A DNA stretch of 32,000 nt, from contig CP011211.1 of the NCBI GenBank assembly GCA_001029695.1, positions 300,001 to 332,000 of the forward strand. Direction: 5' to 3'. Every line of letters starts with the position of its first letter. Position 1 is the stretch's first letter. Origin of the DNA: Candidatus Saccharimonadota bacterium. Its GTDB lineage: Bacteria; Patescibacteriota; Saccharimonadia; Saccharimonadales; Saccharimonadaceae. Below are positions 7,107 to 15,216 of the stretch, piece by piece. The notes beneath the pieces are model-generated. The model saw only the letters and a program-made list of their open reading frames with translations, was not told the DNA's origin and did no database searches. Both the position numbers and the translations under genes were made by a program.

Positions 7107-7712
7107 TTATTTCTTAGCAAATCGCTTTACAGATTCAACACCCTCTACAAACTCGTCTTTTGCTTCATTGAAGACTGATCGAACTTTAAACGCATACGAT
7201 AGGCTGATCGATCCAGCCAAAATAGCGTAGAGTCCAAGTACCCATACAAATGCAATACCGCCGGTCACTGGATAGCGCCAGATGATTATTCCCGCAATCA
7301 CCCCAAGTACACCACCGATAATCCAAAGAAGTCGATTCTCGGTCTTCTCGACGAAGAATGCCGCTACGAAGAGATCAAACACACCACGTGCAAGTACTAG
7401 CGCACCGACGATCACGATAAAGATGTCGAGAGCAGTCTGGGGATTGCGGAGCAAATAGACGCTCACACCAAGCATTACGACTCCTACGAGCAGCGAAAAC
7501 CACCATGACGAGTTTTTGCCAATATCACTGAATCCATGAACAAGCTCGAGTACTCCGAGCACGAGTACATAAATCGCGAAGATATATAGAAGTGTTACTA
7601 ATGTTAGGCCTGGCAAGAACAAGGCGACGATACCAAAAATAATCGTTGCGATACCCTGTAATACAAAAAGCCACCAAAGACCGCTTACATATTCTTTTAT
7701 ACTGCTACTCAT
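7107..7712 (-). CDS. HdeD-family (DUF308) membrane protein
   Basis: 201-aa ORF with about 6 TM helices. WWLFVLQGIATIIFGIVALFLPGLTLVTL and the repeated helical-hairpin pattern are typical of HdeD/DUF308. A TTAACA-17-TACAAT promoter and a GGAGG site lie upstream. Confidence 0.8.
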   Translation of the reverse strand: MSSSIKEYVSGLWWLFVLQGIATIIFGIVALFLPGLTLVTLLYIFAIYVLVLGVLELVHGFSDIGKNSSWWFSLLVGVVMLGVSVYLLRNPQTALDIFIVIVGALVLARGVFDLFVAAFFVEKTENRLLWIIGGVLGVIAGIIIWRYPVTGGIAFVWVLGLYAILAGSISLSYAFKVRSVFNEAKDEFVEGVESVKRFAKK

Positions 7713-7780
7713 TGTAGATACCTCCTACATGTTAGTTGTGGCTTCATTGTACGCCTACTATCAGTTTTTGTTAAGCATAC

Positions 7781-7905
7781 ATAAAACCACCCCCTGTAAA
7801 AGGAGTGGCTATTCAGCTGCTGCGCGCCCACCCAAGGGGCACGGTGTTTTTGTTTTGATTTGTTTATTTTAAACGCTACAGGTACCCCTAGTAGCGCACC
7901 AGCTT
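7781..7905 (-). ncRNA. Candidate small RNA (~125 nt) with its own promoter and terminator
   Basis: Minus strand: -35 TTGAAT (7940-7935), a 17-nt spacer, then extended -10 TG-C-ATAAT (7917-7912). The transcript would contain the hairpin CGCTAC...GTAGCG, an A/C-rich linker, and a long-range pairing AGCTG..GCGC / GCGC..CAGCT. It ends in the terminator CCACTCC-TTTTACAG-GGGGTGG + TTTTAT (7787-7808). There is no plausible ORF. Confidence 0.35.
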
Positions 7906-8097
7906 ATCGACATTATGCACCCAAATGCTGCAAAATTCAAGCTTATGCTAGTATTGTTTTACAAAATATGATTAAATAACAGTGTTCAGAAGCATACGCG
8001 AAGCGAGTGTTTCCTCTCACGAGGGGCTCTTTCTTGAAAAAGTTCGCCGCATGGTCGATCTGACGATACAAGTAACAAGAAAAGAGTTCCAAATTTT

Positions 8098-8439
8098 ATG
8101 GCACAGCAAAATCTTTTCATCGGTAGCCTTGCTTACGCAACTAACGATGATAGTTTGAAAGCTCATTTTGAGCAAATTGGCCCTGTTTCGAGCGCTCGCG
8201 TGATCACTGATCGCGATAGCGGCCGTAGCAAAGGCTTTGGTTTCGTCGAATTCGAAAACGATGCAGACAACCAAAAAGCTGTTGATCAACTCGACGGTAA
8301 AGAGCTTGACGGCCGCACTATCAGTGTCGGTCTAGCTCGTCCCCGCGAAGAGCGTCCAAAGCGCGACTTCAACGGCGGCGACCGTGGTGGTGATCGTGGT
8401 GGCAACGGTGGCGGTTCATTCCGTCAGCGTAGCTGGTAA
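8098..8439 (+). CDS. RRM-type RNA-binding protein with a Gly/Arg-rich tail
   Basis: 113 aa with RNP2 LFIGSL and RNP1 KGFGFVEF. The C-terminal tail is GGDRGGDRGGNGGGSFRQRSW. Confidence 0.9.
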   Translation: MAQQNLFIGSLAYATNDDSLKAHFEQIGPVSSARVITDRDSGRSKGFGFVEFENDADNQKAVDQLDGKELDGRTISVGLARPREERPKRDFNGGDRGGDRGGNGGGSFRQRSW

Positions 8440-8457
8440 TCGATCACTCGATTCAGC

Positions 8458-8494
8458 AAAATACCTCGTCCTTCCGGGCGAGGTATTTTATTTG
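8458..8494 (+). terminator. Rho-independent terminator (probably bidirectional)
   Basis: AAAATACCTCG-loop-CGAGGTATTTT followed by ATTT. It lies between convergent genes. Confidence 0.7.
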
Positions 8495-8511
8495 GTAAAT
8501 CTTGCATAAGT

Positions 8512-8991
8512 CTAAACTTGTTGAGGCGCTGCGGTTTGATTCTCACGCTGCGACGGAGCTGAAGGTGATGATCTGTCAGGCACAACGGGAGCCCACTCGC
8601 CATCGTCCTCTTGAACGCTCTGCTCTATACATGACTGAATATTCCAGGAGGTTGGTTGACTACAATCACTATTTATGACCATAGCGATTAAAACAAATCC
8701 ATAAACAAAAAGCGTCAACACTGCAGATACACTACTGATAATAATTCCCGCGAGTGCAAGCCCACTCGGCGCGCCTGAGCGCTTCGTTTGTATGCGACCT
8801 ATGAGACTTAGTATAAAGCCAACAATCGCAGGAATCCCGATAAGAAACGCGTTCGTGAGCAATGCAACAATCGAGACGCTAAATCCAGCTACTGAAAGTC
8901 CAGCACCTTGTGGCTGGCTCCCTAGCTGCGCCCTTACTGGATCGGATGTTGCGTCGGTGTTCATCTTCTCATAATAGAAGACAGTAAGCAT
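8512..8991 (-). CDS. DUF4190-domain membrane protein
   Basis: 159-aa ORF; the internal ATG at MNTDATSD is a possible true start. Two TM hairpins (GFSVSIVALLTNAFLIGIPAIVGFILSLIG, GLALAGIIISSVSAVLTLFVYGF) are followed by a Pro/Ser-rich tail. Confidence 0.7.
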   Translation of the reverse strand: MLTVFYYEKMNTDATSDPVRAQLGSQPQGAGLSVAGFSVSIVALLTNAFLIGIPAIVGFILSLIGRIQTKRSGAPSGLALAGIIISSVSAVLTLFVYGFVLIAMVINSDCSQPTSWNIQSCIEQSVQEDDGEWAPVVPDRSSPSAPSQRENQTAAPQQV

Positions 8992-9020
8992 AAATACAAC
9001 AATACGAGATAGCGAGGAGA

Positions 9021-10832
9021 CTAAGCCAGCTGACTTTCAAACATATGATAATACGCACCACGAAGCGATACGAGCTGTTGATGGGTACCTTGCTCTACAA
9101 GATACCCATCTTTTATCATAAATATCGTATCCGCCTTCTCGATAGTTGTCAGGCGATGACTAATAGTAATCACTGTCCGTTCTTTATCCGCAAACAAATG
9201 CTTAAATATTCGCGACTCAGCAAGCGCATCGATTGCGCTTGTCGGCTCATCTAAAATGATAATCGGGCTGTCTCGATAAAAGTTTCGTGCAAGCGCAAGC
9301 CGCTGCCATTGACCACCAGATAAATCCGCACCCTTCGTTCCATCCTCGTGCTCCATCCAGTTGATCACATAACTGTCTACGCCTCGGGGGAGTTTTTCGA
9401 GAAACGTCCTTGCTTCAGCACGATCAAGTGCAGCCTCAAATCGTATTGAGTCGAGCGGGCCACTTACATCGCCAAAGTAGATATTATCCTTTGCAGAAGC
9501 AAATCCGTATGACAAATAATCTTGCTGTAGAACACCCAATTGGGCGTGCCACGAGTCAATCGCAATTTTCTTCATACTCTTGCCGTCAAGATACATAGCA
9601 CCGGACGTAGGTAAATAGAGTCCGGTAAGGACTTTGATGAGCGTTGTCTTGCCTGCTCCATTTTCGCCAACAATCGCCACATGCGCACCTTTTTTAATCG
9701 TTAGCGATATGTCATGAAGTGTAGGCTTCTGTGACTGCGGGTACTGAAACGACACATTACGAAGTTCGATTGCTTCAGGCGCTTTCACTAGTATAGAATT
9801 GCCGCCCTTGCCGGCGGGTAGTCGCATAAACTCCTGATAGTCAAAAAGATTTGCGAGGTCTTCATCTATGTAGCTAAGTTGAGACACAAAGCTCCCAGCG
9901 CCACTCAACGCTCTCGATACGACTTGCTGAACATACAGAAATTGCCCGATAGGCTGAGCCCTATCAATGATCTGCAGTACAGTAAAAATCAGTGCACCCA
10001 CCTCTGCTGCAGTTTCGAGTGCATCCGCAAATAATTTCTTACCTATGTATCGCCGCTCAAACTCAATGCGCTCTTTTTCGTCTTTATCACGTAGTGCCAT
10101 ACGAAGGTCGAGCAAATATCGAACAATACCGTAAAGCCTTAACTCGCCTATATATTTCGGCTGAAGCATATTCCATTCGATCATACTTTTTGCTCGCCTC
10201 GTCTCTACGTGCTCCTTGCGATGGTTAATCTGCGCCCTCGACAGACGAAGTTGTATATAAATACCCGGAATAACCGCTGCAAGCAAAATAAGCCCCAGCC
10301 ACCAGCTCACAAATACCATCGCAATAATCCCCGCAAGCATGGCAATAAATTGCGTAAGAACATTTGATAATCGATCAAACACCCAGGCAAACGACCTCGC
10401 AAAATCAGTTGCTCGATCATATAGATCGGCCGTGTTCTTGTCGTCGTACCGCCAAAAATCAAGTTGTAAAAAATGCTCATACATGCGATCACTCATCGCA
10501 GCTTCCACTTTATAGCGCATAAGCTGTTGGACGTACTGATTAATGCTATTCCAAATAGTCCAGCCCACTCCGAGAAGCGCTGTAACGACAACGTACAGGA
10601 TAGCTTGGTCGCCAGCTGCATGATTGCCTGCATAAGCCTCAGCAAGAGCTGTTGTCGTCTTAGCAGCAAAAAATGTCGTCACAATAGGCAGTGTCGCAGA
10701 TATAACTGCGCTCACAAGCTGCAACACTACTGCAAGTGGCGCTGCCCTATACGTCAGTACTGCAACTTGCCATACGGCAAGTGCGTACTGTCTTCCCGTT
10801 AGTTTTCTTGGCTTTTTCACCATATTACTCAA
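9021..10832 (-). CDS. ABC exporter, fused permease/ATPase (MsbA/type I exporter family)
   Basis: 603 aa. An N-terminal 6-TM domain is followed by Walker A GENGAGKTT, signature LSGGQWQR and Walker B IIILDEPTS. Confidence 0.9.
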   Translation of the reverse strand: MSNMVKKPRKLTGRQYALAVWQVAVLTYRAAPLAVVLQLVSAVISATLPIVTTFFAAKTTTALAEAYAGNHAAGDQAILYVVVTALLGVGWTIWNSINQYVQQLMRYKVEAAMSDRMYEHFLQLDFWRYDDKNTADLYDRATDFARSFAWVFDRLSNVLTQFIAMLAGIIAMVFVSWWLGLILLAAVIPGIYIQLRLSRAQINHRKEHVETRRAKSMIEWNMLQPKYIGELRLYGIVRYLLDLRMALRDKDEKERIEFERRYIGKKLFADALETAAEVGALIFTVLQIIDRAQPIGQFLYVQQVVSRALSGAGSFVSQLSYIDEDLANLFDYQEFMRLPAGKGGNSILVKAPEAIELRNVSFQYPQSQKPTLHDISLTIKKGAHVAIVGENGAGKTTLIKVLTGLYLPTSGAMYLDGKSMKKIAIDSWHAQLGVLQQDYLSYGFASAKDNIYFGDVSGPLDSIRFEAALDRAEARTFLEKLPRGVDSYVINWMEHEDGTKGADLSGGQWQRLALARNFYRDSPIIILDEPTSAIDALAESRIFKHLFADKERTVITISHRLTTIEKADTIFMIKDGYLVEQGTHQQLVSLRGAYYHMFESQLA

Positions 10833-10876
10833 CTACTGTATCATACGCCAGGATACTAAAAACAAGCTGCGCCACT

Positions 10877-11458
10877 CTAACTATCGGCATTTAATAGCTC
10901 TGCAACAGAACGCGAAACAAGATCTTCAATCGGCCGACATGCAGCTAGTCGCTGCCGCACCTGAGTGGAGCTAACATCCAGAGGATCTACATTTAGCCGT
11001 ACGGCACGTCTTCCTAGTTGCAAGGCAGGATAACCTGGACGTTCAACAATAGCCATCGACAGGTTTTCAAGCATCCAAGCCCCATCCTCCCATTGCGGCA
11101 TCGTCTGTAAAGAGTCAGACCCAAACACCCATGTAAACTGACGATCAGGATATGCTTCACCTAGTTGCCGTACTGTATCAATTGTCTCCGTAGGCTTAAT
11201 CCTATCCAGCTCCTGTTCTTCGACGCGCAGCAAGGTTTCACCCGTCGTGACTATATCGAGACATAAGGCAGCACATAATTGTAGCCTCCGCTCTCGATTA
11301 GCATCTATGCGCTTGTCGCGACGCTCACCACTAGGAAGAAGCCAAACATCAGCGCCGCTCTGCCCAGCCCTATCGGCACACGCCTGTAGAATCGTTTGGT
11401 GTGCGCGTGTAGGTGGGTTAAACGCCCCTCCGTAAATGATTGTCTCTTTTTGTTTCAT
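10877..11458 (-). CDS. nadD: Nicotinate/nicotinamide mononucleotide adenylyltransferase
   Basis: 193 aa with GGAFNPPTRAH (nucleotidyltransferase HxGH-type motif) and the C-terminal VSSTQVRQ (ISSTxxR motif). AAGGAGGGTG lies upstream. Confidence 0.85.
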   Translation of the reverse strand: MKQKETIIYGGAFNPPTRAHQTILQACADRAGQSGADVWLLPSGERRDKRIDANRERRLQLCAALCLDIVTTGETLLRVEEQELDRIKPTETIDTVRQLGEAYPDRQFTWVFGSDSLQTMPQWEDGAWMLENLSMAIVERPGYPALQLGRRAVRLNVDPLDVSSTQVRQRLAACRPIEDLVSRSVAELLNADS

Positions 11459-11473
11459 ACACCCTCCTTATAT

Positions 11474-11493
11474 AAGTGTACATATAACACTAT
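11474..11493. promoter_or_regulatory. Candidate NrtR operator, site 1 (nadD / nrtR divergent region)
   Basis: AAGTGTACATATAACACTAT is a 5-7-5 palindrome (AGTGT-n7-ACACT). Its reverse complement ATAGTGTTATATGTACACTT nearly equals site 2 at 13220-13239. Confidence 0.5.
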
Positions 11494-11594
11494 CTATATA
11501 TATTACTTAATATATCAAACATAGATAGATAATCAAGCTCCTTCTCGTTGGGACCTCGACATACTGTCAATCAACAGAGAAAACAAGTATACTT

Positions 11595-12278
11595 ATGACT
11601 ATGAAATACACAGGTAGCTATGTCGCCCCCACCCTCACTGTAGATGCAGTATTATTTCAACTGATCAATAACGAACTCAATGTTATCTTGATAGAGCGAC
11701 CCAATGACCCCTTCAAGGGACTTTGGGCGCTCCCAGGTGGATACAATCCCGTCGGCGAAACAACCCACGATGCACTGCAACGTATCGTACAAGAAAAAGC
11801 TGGGATAAACATAGACAAAGACCTTAGCTATATAGAGCAACTCTACACCTTCGATACCGTCGCGCGTGATCCTCGTGGACATGCGGTTTCCGTTACCTAC
11901 ATGGGCTGCGGACGAAATATCGAATGGACAAAAAGCGAAGCGCATACCGCCTCCTTTGCGGTCAGCAGCCTCCCTAAGACCGCCTATGACCATACAGACA
12001 TCATTCGCTATGCCCATGAGCGACTTATCGCAAAGCTCTCCTACACAAACGCAATCTACGCATTCCTTCCCCAGAAATTTACCCTCACAGAATTGCAAAG
12101 TGCCTATGAAGCAATCCTTGTTCGACCACTCGACAAGCGTAATTTCCGTAAAAAGTTCCTAGGCCTTAACTTAATCCGCGAAACTGATGAAATGAAGCGT
12201 GAAGGTGCACATAGGCCTGCACGTCTTTACATGTTCAACTCAAGCACACTTGAGACACTCGACCGAAGTTTTGAGTAA
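11595..12278 (+). CDS. nrtR: NrtR-family regulator (Nudix domain + C-terminal winged helix)
   Basis: 227 aa. The N-terminal Nudix fold has a degenerate box (GGYNPVGETTHDALQRIVQEKAGI). The C-terminal FTLTELQSAYEAILVRPLDKRNFRKKFLGLNLIRET...HRPARLYMF is the NrtR DNA-binding signature as I remember it. Confidence 0.8.
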   Translation: MTMKYTGSYVAPTLTVDAVLFQLINNELNVILIERPNDPFKGLWALPGGYNPVGETTHDALQRIVQEKAGINIDKDLSYIEQLYTFDTVARDPRGHAVSVTYMGCGRNIEWTKSEAHTASFAVSSLPKTAYDHTDIIRYAHERLIAKLSYTNAIYAFLPQKFTLTELQSAYEAILVRPLDKRNFRKKFLGLNLIRETDEMKREGAHRPARLYMFNSSTLETLDRSFE

Positions 12279-12293
12279 AGCGCCACCATCCCC

Positions 12294-13115
12294 CTATATA
12301 CCAAGTAAGGGCGGCGCAAATTTCACCTGACGAAGCAACTCTTCACCCGTAAACCGTTGACGAGCTGGCAGCTCCACCCAGTTACCTCCATCCGGCGACT
12401 CATGAATTGCATCGGGGTAAATCATGCGTCTCCAGTGAAGCTTATCTCGTATATCATCTGGATCATCCGGATTGACTCGCGAGTAATGAATAATACTACA
12501 GTTCCTGATTACGTACGTAGGGTCTTGGTCAAGCGCCTCCCACTGCTCAGGAAGCATCCTCTCGATTCCATAGCGAGCAACATTTATAAAATCCCCGTGC
12601 GATACCACGATAACTCGTTCACCTGATTTTTCACGATGTAGCGTACCCTGAAAGTCACGGAAACGACCATAGACATCTGGCATACTTTCACCACCATCAA
12701 ACCGTACATACCACGGAGTTGCCGCATGTAGCTTACTTGTCAGCGGAAACTGCGATCGCTGTTCAGCGCGAGGAACAATACCGTAAACACCCCAGCTCCT
12801 CTCTACGACACGATCATCGATCGTCCATTCTCCGCATAATTTACCGCCGACATATGCCGCAGTTTCACGTGTTCTTAAAAATGGCGATATATACCTACCC
12901 TGAAATGATTCTGCACCGCCAAGATTGCTATCGATCCACAGCTTAGCTGCTTTTGCTTGAGCAATACCTTTAGATGAAAGGCGCTGCTGCCAATCTGGGC
13001 GGTCATTGATAGAAGCAGCCGCATCATGCGGTTGATCCGTCTTGTCTGCTTTTTGTATGATGTTCGCTTCCGACTGTCCATGACGGACAAATACAATATC
13101 ATTTGGCATTGGCAT
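12294..13115 (-). CDS. Histidine phosphatase family protein (phosphoglycerate-mutase-like)
   Basis: IVFVRHGQSEAN (RHG motif) and VVSHGDF (second catalytic His). The ORF extends to TTG 13157, but ATG 13115 (MPMPNDIVFVRHG) with AAAGGTG upstream places the RHG motif at its usual N-terminal position. Confidence 0.8.
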   Translation of the reverse strand: MPMPNDIVFVRHGQSEANIIQKADKTDQPHDAAASINDRPDWQQRLSSKGIAQAKAAKLWIDSNLGGAESFQGRYISPFLRTRETAAYVGGKLCGEWTIDDRVVERSWGVYGIVPRAEQRSQFPLTSKLHAATPWYVRFDGGESMPDVYGRFRDFQGTLHREKSGERVIVVSHGDFINVARYGIERMLPEQWEALDQDPTYVIRNCSIIHYSRVNPDDPDDIRDKLHWRRMIYPDAIHESPDGGNWVELPARQRFTGEELLRQVKFAPPLLGI

Positions 13116-13180
13116 GGTACAAAAAACACCTTTCTTTATATCAAAAGTATATGACAATCACACATACAAGTCAATTAGTG

Positions 13181-13239
13181 TTGACACGACAATAACTCTT
13201 CGTTTATCATAAATATAGTTAGTGTTATACATACACTTA
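13181..13239 (+). promoter_or_regulatory. pncA-pncB promoter with candidate NrtR operator, site 2
   Basis: TTGACA (13181-13186), an 18-nt spacer, then TATCAT (13205-13210). It is followed by TAGTGTTATACATACACTTA (13220-13239), of the form AGTGT-n7-ACACT, over the expected transcription start. Confidence 0.5.
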
Positions 13240-13259
13240 CAGAAAAGGAGTACGCCACT

Positions 13260-13958
13260 ATGGCAAAAAACTTTATCGACTCTAAAGCATTCATTATTGT
13301 AGATGCACAGTGCGGCTTCATGCCCGCAAACGAAAATGAAACCTCACGCAAACCTGGCTTCGGTGAGCTTGGGGTCACCGGTGGTGATCGTATCATCCCC
13401 AACATAAATACTCTCACTCGTCTACTCGGTGAACGTGGCGTCTTTATTGCGACAACCCAAGACTGGCATCCACTCGAAACAGCCCACTTTTCTAAAACAC
13501 CTAACTTTATCAATACCTGGCCAGTTCATTGCGTCGCTAACACACCAGGTGCAGCGCTACACCCGGACCTTGATGTAGCCGAAGACCCAATGCTTGCTGA
13601 GCGTTTCATAAAAGGAGATACTGCATGCACATCCCCGGAGAACGACACTAGTTACAGTGGTGCTCTGGCCTATAATCCAACTTCACTCACCACCCTTCCT
13701 GACCGACTCAGAGAGCGACAACATACAGACATATACGTCGCTGGACTCGCACTAGGGGATGGCGATCACCATAAACTCTGCGTTGACTCAACAGCCTATG
13801 ACTTACAAACACAAGGATTTAACGTCTCACTAATAACAGACGCTACTGAGGCAGTTGTTCCCGAAAATCGAGCAGCATGTTTTCGCAATCTAGGAAGGCA
13901 AGGCATCCGACTTATGACTACAGCACAAGTCATCGAAGAAATTGAGAGTCAGTCATGA
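13260..13958 (+). CDS. pncA: Nicotinamidase (isochorismatase family)
   Basis: 232 aa with IIVDAQCGF, TQDWHP, WPVHCV and LCVDST, which are the catalytic Asp/Lys/Cys and metal-site context of PncA. AAGGAG lies upstream. Confidence 0.85.
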   Translation: MAKNFIDSKAFIIVDAQCGFMPANENETSRKPGFGELGVTGGDRIIPNINTLTRLLGERGVFIATTQDWHPLETAHFSKTPNFINTWPVHCVANTPGAALHPDLDVAEDPMLAERFIKGDTACTSPENDTSYSGALAYNPTSLTTLPDRLRERQHTDIYVAGLALGDGDHHKLCVDSTAYDLQTQGFNVSLITDATEAVVPENRAACFRNLGRQGIRLMTTAQVIEEIESQS

Positions 13959-15208
13959 AAAATTACGAACCAAATCTTAGCCGTGGGCTCGATTATTACA
14001 AACTAACGATGGGGGATGTTGCCCTTGAAAAACATCCAGACGCCGAAGTTACTTTTACGCTAAAGAACCGTAATACTATGCAGCCCCTGAGTGAATACGT
14101 ATCGCCTAGCGCGCTTCAACACCGTCTCGACGCTATTCGCGACCGAGGCTTTAGCTCAGAAGAAGTTGCCTATTATGCAGGTCTTAAGGCGCAAAATAAC
14201 GAAGCACGATTCACTCCAGAATATCTAGAACATATAGCTAATCTACAGCTCCCCAAGGTTACCGTCGAGCTATCGTCCGACTCCGAAGAGTTAGCACTCG
14301 AAACTACCGGCTCGTGGCCTGATGTAAGTCTATGGGAAACGGTCGCTATGAGCGAGATCAATGAAGAGTATTACTCAAACCTCATGCAATCTCATGGACT
14401 CGATATCTCTGATCTCTACGTAGAAGGAGACAGACGCCTCGATACAAAGATTGAGAAACTTCTTTCTCATCCGAATATTACATTCGCAGACTTTGGGACT
14501 AGGCGTCGGTTTAGCGCAGACTGGCACGAGCATGTTATCGAGCGTCTTGCAGCAGAACTTCCGGAGAACTTCATCGGCACAAGTAACCCATGGTTTGCCT
14601 ACAAATACAACCTTACCCCAATCGGAACATTCGCTCATGAATTGCCTATGGTGTACGCAGGGCTCGAAGATGCCAAAGGGAATAATCCTTTAGACGGACA
14701 CGCCTCTATGTTTAAAGACTGGGAAGAACACTACCAGGGTGACCTATCTATTGCCCTTACCGATACATTCGGTAGCGAGTTTTTCTTCACCGAATTCACG
14801 CCAGAGCAAGCGCGCAAATGGAAAGGTCTTCGCCATGATTCCGGGGACCCATTTGAATTTGGCGAGCATGCGATTGATTATTATAAGCAAAGTAACGTTG
14901 ACCCTGCGACGAAAACAATTGTTTTTAGCGACGGCCTCGATATAGACAAAATCATCGCTCTCGCTGAACACTTCAGCGGTCGTATCAACACTACCTTTGG
15001 ATGGGGAACATCTCTCATGAACGATCTAGGGCTGCCTGCCAACAACTTCGTCATGAAAGCGACAAAAGTTAATAACGTCGATACCGTAAAGCTCAGTGAC
15101 GACACAGGCAAACACACAGGACCGGACGATAAGGTTCACGAATATCAATCCCGCGTAGCCTTAGCTATTGCAAAAGTCTGCCAAAAACAGTTACTAATAG
15201 CGAGATAA
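13955..15208 (+). CDS. pncB: Nicotinate phosphoribosyltransferase
   Basis: 417 aa with DFGTRRR, GTFAHE, LTDTFG and GLRHDSGDP motifs. ATGA overlap with pncA. Confidence 0.9.
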   Translation: MKNYEPNLSRGLDYYKLTMGDVALEKHPDAEVTFTLKNRNTMQPLSEYVSPSALQHRLDAIRDRGFSSEEVAYYAGLKAQNNEARFTPEYLEHIANLQLPKVTVELSSDSEELALETTGSWPDVSLWETVAMSEINEEYYSNLMQSHGLDISDLYVEGDRRLDTKIEKLLSHPNITFADFGTRRRFSADWHEHVIERLAAELPENFIGTSNPWFAYKYNLTPIGTFAHELPMVYAGLEDAKGNNPLDGHASMFKDWEEHYQGDLSIALTDTFGSEFFFTEFTPEQARKWKGLRHDSGDPFEFGEHAIDYYKQSNVDPATKTIVFSDGLDIDKIIALAEHFSGRINTTFGWGTSLMNDLGLPANNFVMKATKVNNVDTVKLSDDTGKHTGPDDKVHEYQSRVALAIAKVCQKQLLIAR

Positions 15209-15216
15209 AATATTTT

